44,881 bases of DNA from the NCBI GenBank assembly GCA_017613085.1, contig JAGAEL010000154.1, positions 1 to 44,881 of the forward strand, read 5' to 3'. Each line of letters opens with the position of its first letter. The first letter of the stretch is position 1. The position numbers and the translations under genes are program-made. Source of the stretch: Kiritimatiellia bacterium (GTDB lineage Bacteria; Verrucomicrobiota; Kiritimatiellia; RFP12; UBA1067). Below are positions 24,367-33,931 of the stretch, in pieces. The notes under the pieces were generated by a model, which ran no database searches, had not been told where the DNA came from, and saw only the letters and a program-made list of their open reading frames with translations.

Positions 24367-27300
24367 ATGAATCTATACGCCTTCTTTTCCACGGAAACCC
24401 GCCCCGGCGCGTTTTTCCGCAAAGTTGACTGGAGTTCGTTCTGGACGGCGACCATCGTCTCCCTCCTGGTCTATTTCGTCACGCTGGGACCCTCCGTCAC
24501 GCTGGAGGACTGCGGCGAACTCGCTGTCGCGGGAGACTGGCTGGGCGTGCCGCATCCTCCGGGCTACCCGATCTGGACGATCTGCGCCTACCTCTTTGCC
24601 CGCGTCTTCAGCTGGGTCACCTACCAGGGGCAGCCGACGCCGGCATGGGCGATCTCCCTGATGTCGAGCGTCTTCGGCGCACTGGCGGCCGGCCTGACCG
24701 CCATGCTCATCACGCGCTCGGCGGCCGACCTGATGCACCGGCGCGACGGCGCGGAGGCGGATCTCCAGAAGAAACTGTTTGCCGGCACGGCGACGGACGG
24801 GATTCTCAGCGACATCCGCCTCCCGGAGGTCTTCTGCTGGGCGGGCGGCGTGGCCGGATCGCTCTGTTTCGCGTTCTCCCCGGTCATGTGGTCCCAGGCG
24901 ACAATCGTCGAAGTCTACTCCCTGAACGCCTTTTTCCTGATGTGGATCTTCCTCCTGACCTACCGCTGGATGCGGAAGCCGAGCGATAAGATCCTCTGGT
25001 TGACGGCCTTCGTTTTCGGTCTCGGACTGACCAACTACCAGGTCCTGCTGCTGGCCATGCTGCCGCTGGTGGTGGTGGTCTTCCTGCGCGACATCACGTT
25101 ATTCCGCGACTTCCTGCTGATCGGTATCCCGATCCTGCTGTCGGCGCACCTCCTGCAAATCGGCGCGATGCCGCCCGCCACGTCGGATATGCAGAGCGCG
25201 GCCTACGCAAAACTTGCGCCGATCCTGAAATGCAACGTTCCCTCGATGGAGTTCCTGGTGGTCGGCGCGGTGCTGGCGTTCGCCGGTTTGCTGACCGCGT
25301 TGGGTGTGCGCTTCCGTTTCGCGCCGCTTGTGCAGCTCCTGGACGAGAAAGAAGGGGAAAAGGGGGCCAGCCTTGTGCTCGGCCTGATGCTGGCGGGTGC
25401 GTTCTGCGTCGCCGCCTCCCTGCTCTTCTCGCACGAAGCCTCCGTCTCGCTAAACGACGCGCCGTTGACCAACCCCGCCATCTATGTCTGGACGGCGGCA
25501 CTGCTGGTGGCCGTCCTCGCCTTCTCGGTGGCGGGCGCGCTCCGGCTTCCCACGCCCGAAACGGAGCTGCAAGGCAAGAACAAGTGGGTCAACGACCTGA
25601 AAGGCGAGAAACGCCAGGCCGCGAACTATCATCTCTTCACCGCGATCGCGCTGGCGCTGGTGTTGCTGGCCGTGCTGAGCCCGGTTACCAAGGCGGTGAT
25701 GCCGCAAGGTTATCAGGGCGAAGGCTTCAGCTGGTTTTTCCCGGGGTTCCTGTTGATCGGCGGCCTGACCGTCCTTTTCCTCCTTTCGTACACCATCCCT
25801 CGCGGGTTGTTCTTCGCCGTCCCGGTCGCGGCCGTCCAGCTGTCGCTCTTCGTCCTGCTGCAGAAGGGCGCGATGAACGGGCTGACACATCCCTGCACCT
25901 GGTGGTTCTGGTGGCCGGTCCTCTGGAATTTCATCCTCATCCTGCTGGCCTGGATGTTCCTGCCGCACGGGCGCAACGTGGCGTTGACCACGTTCTTCGC
26001 GGAACTCGGCGCGTCATTCTACGTCTATATGCCGATCGTCTCCGACCTGCGCAATCCCCCGATGAACTGGGGATACCCGCGCACATGGGAGGGCTTCAAA
26101 CACGCGATCACGCGCGGGCAGTATGAGAAGATCTCGCCGTCGGACATCTTCGGCGGACGGATGTTGAAACAGCTCGGTTTCTACTTCACCGACTTGCGTG
26201 TGCAGTACACGTTGATCGCGGCGACGCTCGGGTTCCTGCCGTTCACGCTGTGGAGTTTCCGCCGGAAGGCGGCGGAAGGCGACGCCTCCGGCACAAAGCC
26301 CCCGGCCGCCGGACTCGGCCTCGCCTCGCTCGCGGGGAGCGTGATCCTGCTGGTGGCGACCGCCGTGGTCGCCCAGCACTTCCCGCAACTGTGGTGGGTC
26401 GTGGCCATCCTGTTCCTGCTGCACTTCGCGACGCTGGTGCTGGGACTGGCCAGTTTCGCGACGACGCACCGGTTCAAAGGCGTCTACGTCGCCTCGGCGC
26501 TCTACCTGCTCATCAGCGTCCTGGTCCTCGTCTCCGAAGCCGTCGGGGGTGAACCGTTCCTGCGTCTCGACAAGTTCCTGATCGGCGACATCTTCCTGAT
26601 CCTGTTCATCGGCGGCGTGACGATCGTCGGGCAGCAGCTCGGCTCGTTCGCGCGGAGGACGTGGGAAGGACGCAACCTTTCCGAGGGGTTGACCGTGGGC
26701 GTCTCGCTCGCCGGACTTGCGGCGGGGGCGTGCATCTTCTCGGCGAAGGTGATCCTGCACTTCCTGACCCTCCGCGCGCAGGAAGCCGCCAAACTCGGCA
26801 ACACCGCGTACGAGCCGGGTATGCTGCTGAAATTCGGCGCCCTGCTGTTGGCCATGCTGCTGGTCGCGGGGATCTGTTACGGCTGGTATCTTCTGAACCG
26901 TTTCGCGGAGAGGAAGTTCGAGTTCCGTTACGATGCGGACAACGTCATGCAGCAGTGGCTGATCGCGACGGCGGCGGGCTTCTTCGTGATGTCCGTCGTG
27001 TTGGTTGTGCTGGCGAACGTGAAGGGGGACATTCAGGACTCCTTCATCCAGAAAGTGAAGTTCATCAGTTCGCACGGGCTTTTCGCCATCTGGATCGGGT
27101 ACGGCCTCGTCTTCGGCCTTTTCATCGCGAACCGCATACTCGGCTGGCTTGACCTTTCCAAGTCGATGCGGAAAACCGCCCGCGCCGGGCTCGCCTGCTG
27201 TGCGCTGCTGGCGGCGGGCATCCCGATTTACGAGAACTACCACAACGAATGGGTCGCGTTCGCGCTGGGCGGCGCCGAGCAGAACGACCACGATTTCGGC

Positions 27301-28815
27301 TGGCAGTTCGGCAATTACCAGCTGCGCGGCGCGAAGGCGATCACCGAGGAACTCGACGCGGACGAAGAGCCGCTGCCGAATCCCCTCTACCCCAAGGAGA
27401 TGGGGCCTGGCGCCATTTTCTTCGGCGGCACCGATCCGGGGCGTTTCGTCCCGACCTACATGATCTACTCCGCCGACGTGCGCCCCGACGTCTTCCTGAT
27501 CACGCAGAACGCGCTCGCCGACAACACCTACATGTCCGTCATGCGCGATCTCTACGGGAACGACATCTGGATCCCGACGCCGGAGGACAGCGCGAGCGCC
27601 TTCCAGGTCTACGTGGACGAGGTGCAGTCGGGCAAACGCCCGAAGAACGCCGCGCTGACCATCGAGGGCGGGCGCGTCCAGGTGAGCGGCGCGCTCGGCG
27701 TGATGGAGATCAACGGCATCCTCTGCGACATGATCTTCAAGAAGAACAAGAACCTGCACGAGTTCTATATCGAGGAGAGCTACGTCATCAACTGGATGTA
27801 CCCGTACCTCACGCCCAACGGGTTGATCATGCAGATCAACGCGGAGAAGACCATGATCAATCCCGTGGAACGGCTCTACGACATGGACTTCTGGGACTGG
27901 TATTCCCGCAAGCTCGTGAAGAACCCGATGTTCCGGCGCGATGTCCCGGCGCAGAAATCTTTCTCCAAACTGCGCAGCGCGATCGCCGGCCTGTACGCGG
28001 CGCGCGGGATGGCGCGAGAGGCGGAAACCGCTTTCCAAGAGGCGCGGATCCTTTATCCCGTCAGCCCGGAGGCGAACTTCCGGTTGATCCAGGAGGTGCT
28101 GCTCACGCAAGGGCGCTATGCGGAATCCGAGGACATCCTCACGGACTTCTGCAAGCGCGACCCGAACAACGAACGCGGCCCCAGCTTCCTGGAGTTCACC
28201 CGGAAAGTCCAGCAGAGCCAGGGCGTGGTTTCCCGTCTCCGCGCGAAGGCGGCCGGCAACCAGCAGCTCACCTTCGCGGAGATGTACTCGCTCGCGCTCG
28301 CCTACCGTAACCTCGGCAACAACAGCGAGGCCGCCCGCCTGATGAAGCAGATGGCCTCCCTGCCCGGCATGCCGCCCTCCAAGGTGATGGAGTTCGCCTT
28401 TGCCGTATTCGACATGGGCAAGGGCAAAGAGGCCGCCGAGATCCTCGACATCGCGGACGGAAAACTCCCGCTCGACACGCTCGACGCAGACACCCTCTGG
28501 AAAATCACGCAGCTCTACGGTGACAACGGCCATTTCGACAAGGTCGCCCCCGTGCTCACCCGCTACCTCGGAAAGCGCGGCACAGATTGGCGGGCCTGGT
28601 TGAACATGGCGGTCATCTATGCCTCGAACGGGCAGTCGCAGGAGACGGAATACGCGATTCAGAACGCGCTCCAGTTCGGCACGACCGCCGCCCTGGACGC
28701 CATCCGGCAGAATCCCGACCTGGTCAGGATCGCGCTTCCGGTGCTCCGTAGACTTCAAAACCAGAGAAAAGCCGGCGGCGGGCTTCAGCTTCCGATCGGT
28801 CCACGGGTACAGTAA
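24367..28815 (+). CDS. DUF2723-family polytopic membrane protein (GT-C-like glycosyltransferase candidate) with C-terminal TPR-like repeats, 1482 aa
   Basis: N-terminal DUF2723 signature TLGPSVTLEDCGELAVAGDWLGVPHPPGYPIW. More than 20 hydrophobic helices. The helical repeat tail resembles TPR repeats. Confidence 0.85.
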   Translation: MNLYAFFSTETRPGAFFRKVDWSSFWTATIVSLLVYFVTLGPSVTLEDCGELAVAGDWLGVPHPPGYPIWTICAYLFARVFSWVTYQGQPTPAWAISLMSSVFGALAAGLTAMLITRSAADLMHRRDGAEADLQKKLFAGTATDGILSDIRLPEVFCWAGGVAGSLCFAFSPVMWSQATIVEVYSLNAFFLMWIFLLTYRWMRKPSDKILWLTAFVFGLGLTNYQVLLLAMLPLVVVVFLRDITLFRDFLLIGIPILLSAHLLQIGAMPPATSDMQSAAYAKLAPILKCNVPSMEFLVVGAVLAFAGLLTALGVRFRFAPLVQLLDEKEGEKGASLVLGLMLAGAFCVAASLLFSHEASVSLNDAPLTNPAIYVWTAALLVAVLAFSVAGALRLPTPETELQGKNKWVNDLKGEKRQAANYHLFTAIALALVLLAVLSPVTKAVMPQGYQGEGFSWFFPGFLLIGGLTVLFLLSYTIPRGLFFAVPVAAVQLSLFVLLQKGAMNGLTHPCTWWFWWPVLWNFILILLAWMFLPHGRNVALTTFFAELGASFYVYMPIVSDLRNPPMNWGYPRTWEGFKHAITRGQYEKISPSDIFGGRMLKQLGFYFTDLRVQYTLIAATLGFLPFTLWSFRRKAAEGDASGTKPPAAGLGLASLAGSVILLVATAVVAQHFPQLWWVVAILFLLHFATLVLGLASFATTHRFKGVYVASALYLLISVLVLVSEAVGGEPFLRLDKFLIGDIFLILFIGGVTIVGQQLGSFARRTWEGRNLSEGLTVGVSLAGLAAGACIFSAKVILHFLTLRAQEAAKLGNTAYEPGMLLKFGALLLAMLLVAGICYGWYLLNRFAERKFEFRYDADNVMQQWLIATAAGFFVMSVVLVVLANVKGDIQDSFIQKVKFISSHGLFAIWIGYGLVFGLFIANRILGWLDLSKSMRKTARAGLACCALLAAGIPIYENYHNEWVAFALGGAEQNDHDFGWQFGNYQLRGAKAITEELDADEEPLPNPLYPKEMGPGAIFFGGTDPGRFVPTYMIYSADVRPDVFLITQNALADNTYMSVMRDLYGNDIWIPTPEDSASAFQVYVDEVQSGKRPKNAALTIEGGRVQVSGALGVMEINGILCDMIFKKNKNLHEFYIEESYVINWMYPYLTPNGLIMQINAEKTMINPVERLYDMDFWDWYSRKLVKNPMFRRDVPAQKSFSKLRSAIAGLYAARGMAREAETAFQEARILYPVSPEANFRLIQEVLLTQGRYAESEDILTDFCKRDPNNERGPSFLEFTRKVQQSQGVVSRLRAKAAGNQQLTFAEMYSLALAYRNLGNNSEAARLMKQMASLPGMPPSKVMEFAFAVFDMGKGKEAAEILDIADGKLPLDTLDADTLWKITQLYGDNGHFDKVAPVLTRYLGKRGTDWRAWLNMAVIYASNGQSQETEYAIQNALQFGTTAALDAIRQNPDLVRIALPVLRRLQNQRKAGGGLQLPIGPRVQ

Positions 28816-28817
28816 CC

Positions 28818-31800
28818 ATGAAAGAAAACAACGTTGGGCAGTGCGCGGAAGGTTCGTTCTTCTGTAAAATCGACTGGGCGGCTTTCGCCGTCGTCACCAC
28901 GCTTTCGTTCCTCGTCTATTGCCTGACGCTCGGTCCGTCGGTCACGCTGGAGGACTGTGGCGAACTTTCCGTCGCGGCCGACCGGCTGGGTATACCGCAT
29001 CCGCCGGGTTACCCGTTGTGGACGGTCTGCGGATACCTCTTTTCGAGGCTTTTCACCTGGGTGACCTACCTCGGCTTCCCCGCCCCCGCCCGTTCGCTCG
29101 CGCTCATGTCCGCCGTTTTCGCCGCGCTCGCTTCCGGCCTGACGGCCATGCTCGTCTCGCGTTCCGCCGTCGACCTTTTCCGCCTCCGCACGAAGGAAGA
29201 CGGAACGGCGGATACCGTCTGCCGCGACCGTTTCTCGTTCGTCGGCGGCGTGGCTGCGGGATTGTGTTTCGCGTTCTCCCCGGTCATGTGGTCCCAGGCG
29301 ACGATCGTCGAAGTCTACACGCTCCATGCGTTCCTCCTGATGTGGATCTTCCTGTTGACCTACCGCTGGGTGGTCCGGCCTTCCGACAAGACGCTTTGGC
29401 TGGCGACCTTTCTGTTGGGGTTGGGCCTGGCCAACTACCAGGTCCTGCTGCTGGCCGCCGTCCCGTTCGCGGTCATCATCCTGGTCCGGAACATCGCGCT
29501 CTTCCGCGACTTCCTCCTGCTCACGATCCCGATGGGGCTGACCGGATACGCGCTCGCCATCGCCCCGAACCTGCCGCATGTGCGCAAGGCGCAGGCGGTC
29601 ATGATGCCCGCGTCCGTCATCACCGCGCTGGTCCTCGGAAGCCTCCTCGTGTTGGCGGGGCTTGCCCTGTTGATCGCGTGGTCACGCGGCGGCGCGGGCG
29701 AGGCACAACCCCTTCCCGACCCTGCGTCGAAAAAGCGCAGCCATCTCCGATCCCTCTGCGCAAGCGCCTTGATCGTCCTCGGAGGGGGCGCCTTCCTGAT
29801 TCCCGTCGCGACGCAGGGATATGCGGTCTACGCCGGACTCGCCGCGTTGCTGTGCGTCATCCTTGCCTGTTCGGCACTCTCCTCCGTATGGCGGAACTGG
29901 ATCGTCCTCCTCCTCCCGTGGATCGGGTTCCTGATCCTGTTGACCTGGCTGATCGTGCTTCCCGGTGTCCCGTTCAAGGCACACACCTTCGTCAACTGGT
30001 TCGTGCCGGAAGTCGTTTTCGTGACAGGCGTTCTCGCGCTGCTCCTGCTCGCGTTCAAGCTTCCGAACGGAATGGCTTTCGCGATTCCCGCCATCTCGGT
30101 GCAGACTGCGGTTTTCGTCCTGCTCTGCAAAGGGTATCTGCACGGGTTGACCAGCCCCGTCACCCTCTGGTTCTGGTGGGCGGTCGTCTGGAACTTCGTT
30201 TTGATCGCCTTGGGCTGGTTGACGCTGCCTCGCGGCAAGACGGTCGCGGTGACGGCCCTCGTCACGGAACTCGGCGTCTCCTTCTACATCTACATGCCGA
30301 TCGCCTCCTCGTTCAAGCCGCCGCTGAACTCCAACTGCCCCCGTCTGTGGTACGGTTTCGTGCGTACCATCACACGTAGCCAGTACTCGAAGCTGGAGCC
30401 GATGAGCATCGTGTCCATGCGCTTCCTCGAACAGTTCGCGCTCTATTTCCGCGGGCTCCGCATCCAGTTCTCCGCACCGCTCGCCGCGTTGGGGCTTCTG
30501 CCGTTCTCCCTCTGGTGCCTGCCGCACTTATGCGGCGGCGAAAGTCGTTCCAGGAAAACGGCCATCGCCGTCCTCGTCACCGGAATCGTGCTGGCGCTCG
30601 CGGCCTGTTTCTCGGAAACGCTCTTCCCTTACCTCCTTCCCCTCGCCGCGCTTGTGTTCGGCGCGGGATGGCTGGCCTGCTACCTTCTCAAGGGACGGGA
30701 CGACGACGCGATGCGTTCCGCACACTGGCTGCTCTCCCTGTTGACCGGGTTCATCGTGCTCTTCATCCTCCTGCTGATGTTGGCGAACGTGAAGGGCGAC
30801 ATGAAGGACGTGTTCGTCCAGAAGGTCAAATTCATCAGCGCGCACGGGATCTACGCCCTCTGGATCGGATACGGGATCATCTTGGCGCTGTACCTGGCGT
30901 ACCGTGGATTGAAGCTCCTTCCGGCGAAAGCGGCGAAGGCGCTGTTCGCCGCGCTCGCGCTCTGCGCGCTCCTCACCCCGGCGATCCCCTTCGCCCAGAA
31001 CTACCTGCGCCGCCAGATCGTGTTCCTGTTGGGCGGCGCGGAACAGAACGGGCATGACTTCGGCTGGTTCTTCGGACGGGCGGCGGTGGACGGCGCACCC
31101 GGCATCCGCGACTCGCTCTCCGCCGACGAAGAGCCGCTTCCGAACCCCTGCTACCCGCCCCCGATGGAACGGGGCGCGGTCGCCTACCCCGGTTCCGACC
31201 CCGGCATCTTCCTGCTCCAGTACCTCTCGTTCTCCGCCAAAGTCCGGCCCGACATCGCCGTGATTTCGCACCGGTCGATCTCCAACATCGACATGTACCT
31301 CGACTCCGTCCGCGACCACTTCGGCAAGGAACTCTGGCTGCCGGAGCTGAAGGACAAGAACGAGGAGATCGCCGCATGGCGCGCCGAAGACCCCGAAAAG
31401 CGGAAGCATCCCATCCCGTTCAATGAACTCAACGGGCGTTTCTGCCGCTTGATCTTCGAGCGGAACAATGACACGCACGCCTTCTATTACGAAGAGAGCC
31501 TGAACTTCCCCTGGATGAAACCCTACCTCGTCCCGAACGGGATCTTCTTCCGCCTGAACAAAGAGAAAGTCTGGCTCACCCTCCGCGACGAAGAACGCGA
31601 CCTGGAGTTCTGGGACTGGACGTCGCGCCGCCTGTTGCGCAACCCCGCGTTCCGCCGTGACATCCCCGCGCAGCGCGAATTCTCCAACAGGCGCGCCGCG
31701 ATCGCCGGGCTTTACTCGACGCTCGACCGAAAAGGCGCGGCGGAAGTCGCCTTCCGTCAGGCGAACCTGATCTACCCGGCCTGCCGCGAGGCGACCATCC

Positions 31801-32384
31801 GGTACGTCCGCGACTTCCTTCTCCGCCAGATGCGTTGCCGCGAATCCATCCGCATTCTCACGGAATTTACGCATTTCGATCCGTATGATATGCGCATCCA
31901 GCAGATGCTTGCCAAATTGACGAAAGAGCCGGAAGGCAATGTCCAGCTTGCCCTCCAGTACTACTACGACGTGTTGACGGCGGACAACGTGCCGTTCGAA
32001 AAAATCGCGGAACTCGGCGCCGCCCTCTACGACATGGGGCAGTCCAAGGCCGCCTGTACGATCTTCGACAAGTCGTGGGAAGATGTCGCCGGCGGTGAAC
32101 GCCTCACAACGGCGCAGACCCGCAAAGCCGCGAAGGCGTATTCGCGCGCGGGCTTCCCCGCCAAAGCCCTGGAAATCCTGGACCGCTTCACGACGGTCAC
32201 GCCGGATGAATGGCCGCTCTGGCTCGATTACGCGCTGGACGCCGTTGAACGCGGCGCGTTCAACGAAGCCTCCGCCGCCCTCGCGGGCGCCCGCCGCGCC
32301 GGCGGGAAGACGGCCGACGACTGGATCCGCAACGACGGACGGTTCGCGCGTTTCACCAAGAAACGTGCAAAGGGGGGGATGTGA
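28818..32384 (+). CDS. DUF2723-family membrane protein, tandem paralog of the preceding gene, 1188 aa
   Basis: The same N-terminal signature is present (TLGPSVTLEDCGELSVAADRLGIPHPPGYPLW). A near-identical DNA stretch links the two copies: 29265-29325 versus 24865-24925, with one mismatch in ~60 nt by eye. The start is 2 nt after the upstream stop. Confidence 0.85.
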   Translation: MKENNVGQCAEGSFFCKIDWAAFAVVTTLSFLVYCLTLGPSVTLEDCGELSVAADRLGIPHPPGYPLWTVCGYLFSRLFTWVTYLGFPAPARSLALMSAVFAALASGLTAMLVSRSAVDLFRLRTKEDGTADTVCRDRFSFVGGVAAGLCFAFSPVMWSQATIVEVYTLHAFLLMWIFLLTYRWVVRPSDKTLWLATFLLGLGLANYQVLLLAAVPFAVIILVRNIALFRDFLLLTIPMGLTGYALAIAPNLPHVRKAQAVMMPASVITALVLGSLLVLAGLALLIAWSRGGAGEAQPLPDPASKKRSHLRSLCASALIVLGGGAFLIPVATQGYAVYAGLAALLCVILACSALSSVWRNWIVLLLPWIGFLILLTWLIVLPGVPFKAHTFVNWFVPEVVFVTGVLALLLLAFKLPNGMAFAIPAISVQTAVFVLLCKGYLHGLTSPVTLWFWWAVVWNFVLIALGWLTLPRGKTVAVTALVTELGVSFYIYMPIASSFKPPLNSNCPRLWYGFVRTITRSQYSKLEPMSIVSMRFLEQFALYFRGLRIQFSAPLAALGLLPFSLWCLPHLCGGESRSRKTAIAVLVTGIVLALAACFSETLFPYLLPLAALVFGAGWLACYLLKGRDDDAMRSAHWLLSLLTGFIVLFILLLMLANVKGDMKDVFVQKVKFISAHGIYALWIGYGIILALYLAYRGLKLLPAKAAKALFAALALCALLTPAIPFAQNYLRRQIVFLLGGAEQNGHDFGWFFGRAAVDGAPGIRDSLSADEEPLPNPCYPPPMERGAVAYPGSDPGIFLLQYLSFSAKVRPDIAVISHRSISNIDMYLDSVRDHFGKELWLPELKDKNEEIAAWRAEDPEKRKHPIPFNELNGRFCRLIFERNNDTHAFYYEESLNFPWMKPYLVPNGIFFRLNKEKVWLTLRDEERDLEFWDWTSRRLLRNPAFRRDIPAQREFSNRRAAIAGLYSTLDRKGAAEVAFRQANLIYPACREATIRYVRDFLLRQMRCRESIRILTEFTHFDPYDMRIQQMLAKLTKEPEGNVQLALQYYYDVLTADNVPFEKIAELGAALYDMGQSKAACTIFDKSWEDVAGGERLTTAQTRKAAKAYSRAGFPAKALEILDRFTTVTPDEWPLWLDYALDAVERGAFNEASAALAGARRAGGKTADDWIRNDGRFARFTKKRAKGGM

Positions 32385-33931
32385 CGGAGACACAACGACA
32401 CGCCCTTCCCCGTTTGCTTGTGCCGTTTGTGATTGCGCTGGCCATCGCGCTGGCGTTCCGGTTGCCGCGCCTGGCGTCGCGCCCGATGCACGGGGACGAA
32501 GCGAACCAGGCGGTGCGGACGGGCGGGTTGATGGAGCGGGGCGTCTATCGTTACGATCCGCATGACCACCACGGGCCGGTGCTGTACTACGCCGCGCTTC
32601 CGTTCTGCCGCCTGCAGTCGAAACATTTTGCGGAGACGACGGAAACGGCGTACCGTGCCGTGCCGGTCGTTTTCGCGTGTCTCACGCTTCTGGGGATGGC
32701 GTTGATTCCGCTGTTCCTTCCGAAGGCGGCCACGGCCGCCTTCTGTGCGATGCTGCTGTTCGCCGTCTCGCCCGCCTTCTGCTACTACAACCGTTTTTTC
32801 ATCCAGGAGTCGCTGCTGGTCTGTTTCCTGACGGGAATGTTCGTTAGCGCGCTGGCCTGGCTGCGTTGCGAAGGACGGCGGAAGCGCATCGCCTCCTCCA
32901 TCGGTTTCGGCGTATTCGCCGGACTCGCGATGGCAACGAAAGAGACGTTCGTACTCTCCTTCGCGGCGGGTGGGCTGGCGGCGCTCGCCGCCTGGCTCGC
33001 CGTGCCGAAAGCGGAACGGAACGGACGGATTCGCGGATTCCTGCCTTCGCTCGTCGCGGCGATGCTCGCGGCTGCGTTTGTCTTCGTCTTGTTCTACTCC
33101 TCCTTCTTCACCTACGCGCAGGGCGTTCGCGACGCGCTCTTCTCGACGGTCGGCGCCTACTTCCACCGGGCGACCGCCGTCCCCGAACACCAGCATCCCT
33201 GGTGGTTCTATTTCCAGACGGTTTTCGGGTTCAAGTACGGGCGAGGCCCCCTCTTCAGCGAGGCGTTGCTCGCGCTCCTCGCGTTGCCCGCCCTGTTCCG
33301 TGCGTTCTCGAAAGAGAAACCGGATCGCACGGCGACCTTCCTCGCGGTGTACACGCTGGTGTTGACGGCGGTCTATGCGGCGATTCCGTACAAGACGCCC
33401 TGGTGCGCGCTTTCGTTCCTGCACGGGTGGATCCTGCTGGCGGGCTTCGGTTTCGCGCAGCTTCTCGAAACGTGCAAGGGATACAGCGTCAAATTCGTTT
33501 TCAACGGCTTGCTGCTCATCCTGATCTGGCACGGCCGCCAGGCGTACAACGCCTGTTTCCGCTATCCGGCGGATCCGCGCAATCCCTACGTCTACGCGCA
33601 TACGGGGAGCGACTGCCTGAACCTGGTCGCCGCCGTGCGCGGGCGGGCGGCGGAACTTCACGGGAATCCCGCCGCGACGCGGATCGCGGTCGCGGCGCCG
33701 CCCTCCGACACCTGGCCCCTCCCCTGGTATTTCCGGGGATTCCCCGAAACGGGTTACTGGACGGATGCGGCGGAGATCCCGGAGGAATTCGCGCCGGAAA
33801 TCGTCGTTTCGGCGGAAGCCCGGGGCGAGGTTGTTTCCAAACGTTTCGGGCAGGGGAAGGAGGCCGCGTTCTACGGCATCCGCCCCGGTGTGCTCGTCTA
33901 TCTTTTTTTACCTAGCAAGGAGATCAAGTAA
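32381..33931 (+). CDS. TIGR03663-like / ArnT-PMT-like (GT-C fold) membrane glycosyltransferase candidate
   Basis: The N-terminal block LPRLASRPMHGDEANQA followed by multiple TM helices fits the TIGR03663 pattern (from memory). It has a GTG start in a GTGA 4-nt overlap with the upstream stop. Confidence 0.72.
   Translation: MTETQRHALPRLLVPFVIALAIALAFRLPRLASRPMHGDEANQAVRTGGLMERGVYRYDPHDHHGPVLYYAALPFCRLQSKHFAETTETAYRAVPVVFACLTLLGMALIPLFLPKAATAAFCAMLLFAVSPAFCYYNRFFIQESLLVCFLTGMFVSALAWLRCEGRRKRIASSIGFGVFAGLAMATKETFVLSFAAGGLAALAAWLAVPKAERNGRIRGFLPSLVAAMLAAAFVFVLFYSSFFTYAQGVRDALFSTVGAYFHRATAVPEHQHPWWFYFQTVFGFKYGRGPLFSEALLALLALPALFRAFSKEKPDRTATFLAVYTLVLTAVYAAIPYKTPWCALSFLHGWILLAGFGFAQLLETCKGYSVKFVFNGLLLILIWHGRQAYNACFRYPADPRNPYVYAHTGSDCLNLVAAVRGRAAELHGNPAATRIAVAAPPSDTWPLPWYFRGFPETGYWTDAAEIPEEFAPEIVVSAEARGEVVSKRFGQGKEAAFYGIRPGVLVYLFLPSKEIK

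Noticed and set aside
26014-28758. 914-aa minus-strand ORF antisense to the first DUF2723 gene. There are similar long antisense or alternate-frame ORFs at 30528-32393, 32228-33661, 34603-37095, 41875-43827, 16108-17808, 19407-21053, 12485-13762, 12823-14088, 9553-10917 and 23009-23947.
   Set aside because: All overlap genes with strong family signatures (ileS, purL, the P-type ATPase and others). All are extremely rich in Arg, Gly, Asp, Glu, Val and Pro, and none has a recognisable motif. Long open antisense frames are expected at this GC content.
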